From Octopus sinensis (Eukaryota), in assembly GCF_006345805.1 (NCBI RefSeq), contig NC_043020.1:24800001-24864000 (forward strand): DNA of 64,000 nt, in the 5' to 3' direction. Below are positions 1 through 11,150 of the stretch, in pieces. The position numbers and the translations under genes were made by a program. The notes under the pieces were generated by a model. It was given only the letters and a program-made list of their open reading frames with translations. It had not been told where the DNA came from and ran no database searches. Position 1 is the stretch's first letter; every line of letters begins with the position of its first letter.

Positions 1-129
1 TTCTCTAACAAGGTAGTGGTCGGAGCAAGGATATTGTCAGAAACACCAAAAGTGTTATGCTATGCGATTGAACCTGAAACTACGTGGTTGCTAAACGAGT
101 TTGTTAATGACACAACCATACCTGCGCCT
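1..129 (-). mobile_element. tRNA-headed SINE family A, 5' (head) fragment
   Basis: Reverse complement (ggcgcaggtatggttgtg...caaccacgtagtttcaggttcaatc) matches the head of the fuller copies at 13768 and 43241-43730. Confidence 0.6.
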
Positions 130-709
130 ACCCTGTGTCTGTCTGTGCGTTTTGTACCCATCTAGAAAAACAATTCTTTATTGAATTTCTTCAGAGTCAA
201 CAGCTAAACATGGCGGCGGTAGTCTTGACAACAACGAAATCATAGTCTGCAATATTTTCCACAGATTGCTGCTAACATCACAATTTCTCTATTTTAATTC
301 GATTTGGCATTCCAGCCTCTTCTTTCCCTTCGTGTGTGTGTGTGTGTGTGCGTGTGTGTGCGTGCGCGTGTAGACATTTTTATAAGGACGATTTTGACAT
401 TTCCTTCGAAGTGTTTCTTAGTAAAATATAATGTTACTGTATCAGAAAGTATTGAGATCTCCTTCAGAATAAATGTGAATTTTTCAATGTAAAATATACA
501 TAAAGAAAAAAAAAAATCAATCCTTAAAAGGTTTATATATATATATACACACACATACACATACATACACACGTTTATGGAATTTATATATTTGTATGCA
601 AATATATAAATGTTACGTAAGCACACAACTAAGTGGATTTTTTTATATCCACTTTTAGATCTGTGCCTGTATTTTAAATTGACTCTACATTTCTTCCACT
701 CTGTCACAT

Positions 710-751
<42 letters not shown>

Positions 752-1083
752 AAAGTATGTTGCTATTATATGTGGACTTAGTAGCATATTGACAATATAT
801 GGAAATGTCTGTGTTTGCGTATGTGTGATTCTTGTAACTGGACACGCATCTTGCCTTTTACCTACACAACCTCTCTCTCTCTCTCTCTCCCACACACACA
901 CACAGAGTTAATACAAGCGCTGAGTCAACATGCGCATCTAAATTGTCTTGCGTACGTTCACACACTCCCCTTCACTAGGTCAATTTCCGCGTTATGCGCA
1001 GGATCCACTTACACGATGAAGATGTGTTTATTAAGCGTTCATTTGCTAATGTATGATTGCATGTATATCTATGTGCGCCTATA

Positions 1084-1286
1084 TACAGGGTAGCCCAAAA
1101 GTCACAGAGGTGTTGATAAAGTTCTGTTTTGAATTTACAATACCTTAGCATCATATAGAGTTTAAATATAGGAAATATATGTATTTTAGGTGGAAAAAAC
1201 CACATCGTGTAAATTACAAATAAAAAAAACCGTAACTAAAACGGATTTATTAAAATTTCAGACCCCTTGCAACTCTTGGGCCACCT

Positions 1287-1292
<6 letters not shown>
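1084..1292. mobile_element. Tc1/mariner-type MITE (~200 bp)
   Basis: Left end TA-CAGGGTAGCCCAAAAGT; right end reverse complement TA-CACAAGGTGGCCCAAGAGT. TA flanks, no ORF. Confidence 0.6.
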
Positions 1293-1355
<63 letters not shown>

Positions 1356-2565
1356 GTAGTCGCAGACGTTGCTGCCACATTGTAAAAAGCGGAACAAAAA
1401 CAATGCCAACAGTTCTGCAATTTTTCCATCCAGGATTGATACTTGTTTATCCATCCCCAAAAGATAAAATGCAGAATTAACTATCACAAGATTTGAACTC
1501 GGAGCCTACAAAAGAAGACCAAAAATGCGAAACATTGCATCGATCCTCTTAGCGCCTGTCTTTTCACCGTCTTCCAAGGGAGTCTGCAATGCGTTAATAC
1601 CATATTAAACAAACCAACTTTAAACTTGATGGAGATGCAACATTTCCATGTGAGTTAATATTCAAAGACAAACTAAAGATTCACGCCTCCCCCCCCTTTT
1701 TTTTTAAGCGGAGAGATCCAAAATGTAATGCATTCAAGTAATTGTGAAAAGTTCCGTTGTGAATAAAAGCCATGGACTGCAATTTTGTAAATTTGCCGGC
1801 GAAACGCGAAAACCTGCATTGACCAGTGACAAATATGCAAAGAACTATGTTGGAAGGGAAGAAGACGGGGAATATAAAATATTAGGAAACAAAGTTAATT
1901 TACAGAGTAAGAAAAGAATCAGCCCAAGACACTGAAATAGAATACAGAGATCAAGAGACTTGAAAGTGTATCAGATTGTAAAGGACAAGACAGGGCAAAC
2001 GATGTTTTTGTCTTTGTCAGTTGTTATACCAGATGAGAGAAAGTAATGCGTGAGACAACTAGATTTGTGTTATTAGGCGTAGGGAAAGGATAGAGAGATC
2101 GGAAGAGTAAGAGAGAAAAAAAGATAGAGTGGAAGTTACAGTAGAAAGGACAGGAAGAGAAAGGGTGAGGCAGTGTGAGAGAGAAAGTGCCATTTTTAAT
2201 AAACAAAATCAGAAATGTATCTTATTAAAAGAAAACAAAGATGGATGAAAGCGGAAACCGGAACTCACTTCATTATTGTTTCATCTAACGTTTGTTGTAT
2301 GTCTGCAGCAGTTTTTCCTTTCATCTAGCCACCAGCATCATTATATATTAAAGAATAATGATTTCTGGAATAGGTACAAGGATGTTGCTTCAGAATTTTG
2401 TGGGATGCGAATATCGACACCAGTTCCTGACTGGTACTTACTTTATCGATCGAGTTTAGATGAAAAGCGAAATTCAGGCCTCGATGAAAATAGATTGCTA
2501 GGTACAAAGTCATTAAATCTAACACGCCACTGCTTTAGTCACGTAGTAAGAGGGGCACTCAAACA

Positions 2566-2612
<47 letters not shown>

Positions 2613-3179
2613 GAAAGAGAAACGGAAAGTAACAAAAGCAAATGTTCGCGTGTAAATAAATATATTATATACACACACATGCATGCATACATACATACAT
2701 ACACTTAAAGAGAGAGAGAGGGAGAGGCTTTAAACGCTGAAAGCCATTTTGTCTTGGCGATCTGCCATCTCTACTCACACCGTTACTCCAGTGGACCATT
2801 ATAAAAGAACTTGTTTTTATCAGGAATATATCAAAGACCACGCCTCATTCTTCACTTCCAACCTTCCCCCACTACCCCACCCCACTTCACACCAGCTGCG
2901 CCGGTCAAACCAACACCAAAAACGGGGGGGGGGGTGCCCACTTTCCTATTAATTTCTGTATTTAAAAAAAAATTCTGTTTTTTTTATTGCTTTATTTATT
3001 CTATTTTTATTATTTTCTATGCAGCCATTATTTTTATTTTTGCTTCTTTTACGCCATTTTTGTTGTCTTTTATAAAAACAAAAATACCTTTGTAGACTTT
3101 CGTGTCACCTTGAATAGTTAAAAGTTTGTTGGTTTCCATTGTTTTCCTGTTGTTTGTACTATTGTTGACGTTGCTGCTG

Positions 3180-3560
3180 CTGTAGTTGTTGTTGTTGTCA
3201 GTCTTGTAGGTTGTGATATTGGAAGGTATGGAGTTGTTGTTCGTGGTAGTCGTGTTGGTGTAGGACAGTGGCGGTGGTTATGGTGGTGATAGTAGTAGTG
3301 GTGGTGGTAGTGATAGTAGTAGTGGTAGTAGTGGTGGTGGTAGTAGTAGTGGTGATAGTAGTAGCAGTTGTAGTAGTTGTTTTGGTGACGGTAATGGCAG
3401 TGGGTTTGTGTTGTAGTAGGTCTTAGTAGGGGTTATCGAAAGTAGTGCTGGTGAGACCGGTGTTGATAGTGGTATAGGTGGTAGTATTAGTGGGGGTAAG
3501 AGTGCTGGTAGTAGTGGTACTGGCGGTAGCGGTGTTGGCGAGGTTCATGGTAGTGGTCAT
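3180..3560. repeat. Degenerate (GTA/GTG/GTT)n triplet low-complexity tract
   Basis: Seen directly; the minus strand reads poly-Thr-like with stops. Confidence 0.85.
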
Positions 3561-4294
3561 GTAGTTTAGCCCTAGGTCATCTCAGAGAACAACCATGATC
3601 AATACCATTCCAGCTGTAACCATCTCATTTCCCCACCCCAGGCATAGTGTATCTAGGACTACAGAGGCGTTTTTGGTTGTGGCGTATTGCTCGTATACTG
3701 TCGATGGTAGTGATGGTGTTAGTTTGGGGGTAATTGTTATATTAATGAGGCGGCGGCGTTGGTGCTGGCGGCAGTGTGGCTATGATAATGATGATGATAG
3801 TGGTGACGGTGGCGTTGTTAGTGCGGTGACGGATCAATTAGAGACAGCCATGTTAAGAGACAATCGATGAAAGCGCTGAAGTGCGATATATGTATCGTAT
3901 GTGAATATATATATGTCTATATATGTGTGTATATATGTGAGGGAAGGTGGTAGCAGAAAGAAGCAAGGAATGAATTAGGAAGGTGAAAGGAGTGAATGGC
4001 TGTAAATGAAAGCGTGTAATTGCGTATATGTGTGTGTGTGTGTGTGTGAGTGAGTGTCCGCGTGAGAAGAGGTGCAGTAGAGAGCGATATTAAAATATGA
4101 CATCAATAATAGGACCAACACGACCAGGTGCTCCGTCACGGATCATTAATCTGATACGTATGTATGAGAAATGGATTTTCTATGCAGGGATTAGCATTAC
4201 ACACACACAGCAAGATTTACTTCTACCCTTATATATGTGTATATACATTTATGTGTCATTCTATCAATATCACCCTTCTTTTACTCAATGTATG

Positions 4295-4348
<54 letters not shown>

Positions 4349-4737
4349 TGTGCGTAAGGCGAGCGGCCAGGAATGAGGTTAGGCTTACAGTCATTCAGTA
4401 AAAGGCCCGATTCGTGTTTCGTGGATAAAGCAGCGTGTTGTATCCTTAGGCAGGAAGTTTCATTCAGCGTTGCTTCAAGCTACTCGGTTGAAAATCACAA
4501 ACACCAGCAAGGACTTCTGCGGTGGCCTAAAGTCTGGTTCTTTTAAATAGCTAAAAGCTTCCCATTCCAGGTAAACCCGGGACTCCTGAGCATCTAACCT
4601 CAAAGCATGGATATATATATATGTATATATATATTATGAACATGATTAGCGAAAGCGAAACCGGTCGACAATCACCACACTCTTTCACTTAAAATATATT
4701 AAAACTGTGTAAACTGTGTGCACTTTCCTTCTTTTAT

Positions 4738-4776
<39 letters not shown>

Positions 4777-4849
4777 CATTACAACGCACGACGTAGGGAT
4801 AATCAAAATTATCTTCCTCTCTTTTCTTACTATATATATATATATATAT

Positions 4850-5112
4850 ATATATATGCATATATGCACACATTCAGGTACATGCCTACATATATATGTA
4901 TATATACATGCATATATGGGTACAGTCGTCAAAAAGAAAAAACACGTGAACAAAATGAGAAAGGAGAATATAAAAAAACAAAAGCGTAGAAAATGAACTT
5001 TTTTAGAACAACGAAAGAAACAAATAGAGGAACAAACAGGAAACATAAATTCCCTTCATCAGTTGTCCCCTGTTTTATCTACTCCGCGTTTCGAAAGTAG
5101 GGACATATATAT
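4850..5112. mobile_element. Interspersed repeat 'family X' (possible Penelope-like terminal relic)
   Basis: Homologous to the inverted-duplicated element at 31658-32029 (gggtacag..., tgagaaa.g..aatataaa, ttccc.ttc.tcag, atctactccgcgtttcgaaagta). Carries CTGATGA and GAAACGCG on the minus strand. Confidence 0.5.
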
Positions 5113-5733
5113 ATATTGAAATAAATGAACAATAAAATTAACAAAATGGACAAAAAAAGGGGACGTGCACAAGCAAGAAATGTATTAGTTTGACAGTTTG
5201 ACTCTCGATGAAATGAAAGTTTTGACGTTTCGAGCATAGCTGTCCGTCGGAAATGAGAAAGGGAAAAGTCCAAAGAAGGAAAAGAAATCGCCAACAAAAC
5301 GTGTGTAGCTACATTATTGTATGCGCATGTATATATGTAGAGCCTGTGAATCTATGTATGTGTCTGCATGCACACGCAAGTATGTTGGAGATTTCACTCA
5401 TACACACACACGCGCGCGCACACATACACACACACACAACACATACATACACTGAGATGATCTCTTAAATTCAGAAACATTGCGATCTGGCTATTTCAGG
5501 AGCAAGAAACAAGGCCAGAATTCAGAACTAAGGAGTCGGCTTATGCAAACACAGCCTTGTAAAACTCTAAGCAGACAGACAGGCAGGCAGTCGCTTTATC
5601 AGAGGTAGAAAAAGTGTGAAACAGAGATACTATGACTAAACAAATTAAGATTATCTGAATAGGAAGAAAATTCATATAAAAAAAGATTATAAATTATTTC
5701 ACTATTTCCAGATTCGTATACTTTTCCACGAAA

Positions 5734-5746
5734 TTGTGTGTGCGTG

Positions 5747-5825
<79 letters not shown>
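5734..5825. repeat. (GT)n microsatellite
   Basis: Seen directly. Confidence 0.95.
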
Positions 5826-5827
<2 letters not shown>

Positions 5828-5985
5828 GTATAGTCGAATATTGCTTCCCAACCACGAGGTCCCGGGTTTGATCCCACCGAGTGACATCATGGGCAAATAT
5901 TTTCTATAATCTCGGACCACTCCACACCTTGTGAGAAAAAGATGGGTACAGATGGATACTGAATAAAATTCTGTCGCGAGGATTA
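5826..5985 (+). mobile_element. SINE family A, diverged head fragment
   Basis: ttgcttcccaaccacgaggtcccgggtttgatcccac...tgggcaaa matches the family A head. Confidence 0.6.
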
Positions 5986-6125
5986 TGGAGTATACCTGAG
6001 ACTTGAGTCTGTGGAATATGCAGCCATTTTCAGGTTAATTCAAGAGCAGACCTCTGAATTGATAGAACAACTAAATTCTCATCGTCGAATAACGGAGAAC
6101 CACGACAGACAAAGACGGACAGACA

Positions 6126-6172
6126 GATGAATGAATGAATGAATGAATGGCTAGATAAATTAATAGATAGAC

Positions 6173-6260
<88 letters not shown>
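6126..6260. repeat. Compound (GAAT)n-(GATA)n tetranucleotide microsatellite
   Basis: Seen directly; source of the 'IYLS' ORFs. Confidence 0.95.
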
Positions 6261-6262
<2 letters not shown>

Positions 6263-6714
6263 GAGGGTATTTCCTCGCCCGTATGTTAAATCCCTCCCCA
6301 CTCCTATGTAAAGATGCCGATCTATTCTTCATACCATGCCATCCGAGAAACTATTGATTTCATCACGATCTGATAGTTATCAGTAAACAGGGCCACTGAG
6401 CCTTTAAATCCTCCTATTTCTTGCAATAAAATGTATTAAGGTCCATGAATACGAAAGAAAAAAAGTTTCAACGTTCTTGAAGGTTTCGCACCTGCCCTTT
6501 TTATTTATATATTTTTCATTCATATTTTTTTATGTTCTGTTTTTCCTGCTTTCTCTCGATCTTGTGTTTTTTCTTTTTCCTTTCTGAAGCTACGAAGTTG
6601 TTCAAATATTTACCCGAACACTTCCCCATCCCTGACGCTATTTCTTTCTTACAACTATTCGACGTCTTAAAACCCTTCTCTTTTCCTTAGTAATATTAGC
6701 AGCATCAGCAGCAA

Positions 6715-6778
<64 letters not shown>

Positions 6779-7740
6779 GTATCTAAAGTAAAATGAAAAA
6801 TAGATAAAAATAGGTCGCCATTTCGAACTGGATTCCTTTTGCTAACTAATCTAAGGTTTAACCGGGTATTGTTAGGTATTTCTATTGATCTTCCTACTTA
6901 ATACGTAAATATATTTAATTCAGTCGCAGAACCCGCCTTTTAGTTTATTTCGTGTCAATTTCGTTTGGGTGGGGGTCTGGAGAGAGAGAGAGAGGTTTAC
7001 TTTAGAGTGTGTATGTAAGTTTATATACATACATCATTGCAGCTGGTTGATTTATGACTCGTTAAGTTGTAAAAATAGCTAATATGTCACGAGGTGTCGC
7101 TACACAACGTTGTCTTTGTATGGAAGACGTTTCGTGTTCAGTCTATCTCCTTCCTTGCTCAAATTATTTGTACAGAACCAAATATTTTGAGGTTTTCTGT
7201 GAAATAAATTTGCGGTGTTATAACCACTAACGACATGGTCGTATGTTCGATTTACTCGTGAATTATTTGGTGCAGTCAGGATTGTTCCTGGTGTCATTCA
7301 GGGTCGTGGGGTGGGATTAAAGAAATCTCTCCGCGATTGCATTATTTCAGGTTCGAATTCAGTAAGGACAAGTAACTTGACCCATAGCCTTGAGTGATGC
7401 AGAAAAATGTTGAAGAAATTTGGTAAACGAAAAGAATGTGGAATTTCACCGAAATTACTGTTCCTGTTTCTCGGTGGTAAATTCACCCTGATCCACTCTG
7501 TGCCATGCATTCGTTGTATGCCTGGGGGAAAGAAGTGAAGGCCCCTGTCTTTGCACTTCTGAAAAAATCTTTAAATTGACTGATATCATTGACAGAACAC
7601 TTTCCTCTTTGCTGAAGGATAAATTAGGTTTTGTGGAGGACCTCTTTATCTCTATGTAGATAACCAGTCGTTAGTATATTTTAGTATAATATTCGTATTA
7701 ATATTTCTTTGAATTTGTCTGATACTCAGCTAGCTACTTT

Positions 7741-8025
7741 ATTATTACCTCCGCCTTCGCTAAGGCGGAGATATTGTTTTCGGTCACGTTTGTTTGTCTG
7801 TGGACAAGATATCTCAAGAACCAGTGAATGGATTCAAGTGAAACATTCAGGGATATTTAGCCTCGTGACTGGCACAAACCCATTAGATTTTAGGATCGCT
7901 CCGGTACCGGACAAGGATTCTGGTTTATATATATTTTTATATATTTTTACTTAGTCTTTGAGAACGGTCGGGTTCATCTTTGGTATTCTCGTTTGTGAGA
8001 GCAATCGAGTTTATTCAGATATTCG
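7741..8025 (+). mobile_element. Non-autonomous element with terminal hairpin (Helentron/DINE-1-like architecture)
   Basis: Starts TTATTAC-CTCCGCCTT-cgct-AAGGCGGAG (perfect 9-bp stem) followed by a gtttgtttgtctgt short repeat. This layout resembles Helentron-associated elements; the family call is an inference. Confidence 0.4.
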
Positions 8026-9699
8026 AAGTCGACTCTGCCTTTCATAATTTCGGGGTCGGCGAAATAAGTAGTTGTAAAGCTCTACCGTTGATGTACTCCA
8101 CAATCCCAGTCCCCACACAAGGCCTATGTCAGAAAGGATTATTATTATCATTAACTAAATTGGAGTTACGTTTCAGAATGGAACCAACATGATTAGATTA
8201 TTGAGTATAAATATTTTACGGAAAAACAGGTAACAATGCCTAATATATTGTTTAAATATAACATTGTTTCGATTTTACCATTCTAAATATATTGAACCCG
8301 TTTTAAAATTTAAGTTTGCTAGTCAATATTTTTTTCTTTTTTATTTTTACCTGCCTTCGCTTTTAACCAGTTTCTCACTGGGTTTGCATATTTCTAGATA
8401 TTGATACGATGCAGATATTTCCCCCATTAACTCTGTCCAGAATACTCCCGTTTTCTCACCACAAGATTTTTAGTGGTATGGGGAGGAATTCGCAGAATCA
8501 GAAACAACGCCCTAACATTGCCATCAACTTACCATTCTAGACTTCTACCTTATTTATCGCCCTGGGAATGCTGAACCTTGAAGTGGGATCAAGGTAGGAT
8601 TTGAACATAGAGCAGAGGCTGCCGGAGCATTAACCACAAGGCAATCAATTCGATGCGCTAACAACTATCAATTCAACCTGCTAGAAATAACAGCGAAAGT
8701 TCCGTCTAATCACATTCTCGTCCTTTACAAAGGAAGGACATACCCAATAACTTTATCTCAAAGACAATGTCTGAAAACAAAAGACGAGACGTTACAGATT
8801 GATCGCTTTTGATCATAAGTCTGCATCATTAGGACTGACCTGGGGCTAAACAACATTAACAAAAATAACAACAAACATTAATTTATTCTGAATTTGTCCA
8901 ATTATAAGAGACAAAAGAAAATGGTTTTGGAATTGAAATTCTTTGTGAAAACACTTTTAAAGAAGACGGCAATTAAGGGACTTCATCTCCCCACCCACCC
9001 ATCACTCACTTTTTTCTCTCCCCCCTCCACGCTTACTTTCCCTCCTCCTTCTCTTGTCCTAAATTCATAACAGTTCTGACAGCACAACACTTGGGAATTA
9101 GCGACGTTCATGCATTTCTATAGAGAAGAGTACTTGTTTCTTTAAGTTTTAATGAAGTATCGATATTACATTTTGAATAAAACAAAGAAAAAAAATTAAA
9201 ATATACACACAACACATAAGCAGACATACAGGCAGACACACATACATATAGAGAATACAACACAGTCTTACAGACGCACACACATAGTACTTATAATATC
9301 CAGTGACCTACCAACTAACCGGCCAGCCACCGACATAGCCAGCCGACAAACCAGCCGACTGACTAACCATATTTTTCTTTTAAATAAATCACTTTGCGTT
9401 GAGTTTCAACAAAACGAAAAAATAGGTCAATACCAATTTATCGTCTTTTACATAAACGCACACACACACACATATATATATATATGTATATGAATGCACT
9501 CGTGCATACATACATATATACATATATAAACATGGCAATACGTACAAACATACACAAAGACACCTTTACACAAGTGTGTGTAAACACACACATGAAAGGC
9601 AAACACATACAAACACACAACAATAATTATTATTATAATTTACAATAAAAGAGATAATTATTTAAAAAGAAACAAAGAAAATTAAGTTTTTCTATTTTT

Positions 9700-10217
9700 T
9701 AACTCTTACCTTCTTCTCTTTCTCCCTCCCTACTCTCTCTTCTCTTTACCTTCTCCCCTTATATTTTTTAGTCTCTCTCTCTCTCTCCTCTTCAACATGA
9801 TCTCCATCTCTTCTTGCTCTCCACCTCCTCTCTGCCATTGGCTCTTTGTCATTTCACTTTGTTTTTTCTTCTTTCGCTCCTCACACTGTCAGCCTTAAAT
9901 TTCCTCTCCCTTTGCTTTTCATTTTCGTTCTCTACATTCCCCCGCTTCCCCCACCGCCTTGCTCTTCACTGTCTCTACCATTTTCCTCTCTCTCCCCTCT
10001 CACCGTGTCTCCATTTCTCACCTTGTTCCGAACTTGTTCCCGTGTATAACCTTACTCTCGTATTGTTTTCTCTCACACACGCATACGCATTCACCTCTCT
10101 CTCCCTCAAATACACACACACCCCCTCATTCACACACACACACACACCCTGGTTCCTCCAGTATTGTCCAGCACTTTGTAATATCCTTTTACCATTTCTT
10201 CCTGTCTTACTCTTCCC

Positions 10218-10254
<37 letters not shown>

Positions 10255-10330
10255 CTCTCTCTCACTCCACTCATTCTCTGTCTCCATCAACTAACTCTCT
10301 CTCTCGTTCTCTCTCTGTCTACCTCCCACC
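9700..10330. repeat. Polypyrimidine / (CT)n / (CA)n low-complexity region
   Basis: Seen directly; explains the Leu/Ser/Phe-rich ORFs. Confidence 0.85.
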
Positions 10331-10808
10331 ACCACCGCCAGCTTTGTCTCTCAACTTCATTGTTCTTATTTATCGTTTTTGTTGTTAGTCTTGTTATTGC
10401 TGCTTTCGCTGTTGCAGTTGCCGCTCCGCTAACTTAAGGTGCCAGAATGAGAGACTCCAGGCTTTAAAATTGGCGCAGCTAATCAAGTGCCGCTTCTTTC
10501 TTAGCTGGGAGCGCTTGACACCAGAAGGTGAGAACAAATAATAGCGCCAATGTTGTAGCTTTTGTTGCAATTATAGTTGTTGTTGTTGTTGTTGTTGTTG
10601 TTGTTGCTCTTGTTATTTCTGTCGTCATTGTCGTTTTTGTTGTTCCTATTCTTGTAACTGTTGTCATCACAGGGTTAAAATGCCAAACTTTAGGATGATT
10701 GTTTTATGGAATTGGTGCAAATAAACCCTTACCCTTCAGGTTATCATTATTATTAACATTATTATTATCATTGTTGTTATTACCATTGTTATTATCATTA
10801 TTATTATT

Positions 10809-11150
10809 AAGGCGGCGAACTGGCAGAATCGTTAGCACACTGGACGAAATGCTTAGCAGTACTTCGTCTGCCGCTACGTTCTGAGTTCAAATTCCGCCGA
10901 GGTCGAGACTTTACCTTTCATCCTTTCGGGGTCGATAAAATAAGTACTAGTTGAACACTGGAATCGATGTAATAAACTCATCCCCACCCCCAAATCGGTG
11001 GCCTTGTGCCCATAGTAGACAGGATAATAATAATAATAATCTCTTCTACCATAGGCACAAGGCCTGAAATTTGGTGGAGGGGGATAGTCGATTACATCGA
11101 CCCCAGTGTTTCACTGGTACTTAATTTATCAAGCCCGAAAAGACGGAAGG
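10809..11150. mobile_element. SINE family B (+) joined tail-to-tail to an inverted partial family B copy through (AAT)n
   Basis: aaggcggcgaactggcagaatcgttagc...gttctgagttcaaattcc...ggccttgtgcc (tRNA-like A/B boxes), then ggcacaaggcc...gtcgattacatcgacccc in reverse orientation. Confidence 0.85.

Noticed and set aside
3100-3600. Thr-rich mucin-like reading on the minus strand; similar Ile/Thr-rich ORF at 30085-30468 and Gly/Ser-rich ORF at 12343-12600
   Set aside because: Decayed triplet microsatellites, with stops or without splice or start context.
7100-7640. Two minus-strand ORFs with a Penelope-like 'FNPTPRP' word
   Set aside because: A single short word with no other RT or GIY-YIG motifs; insufficient to call.
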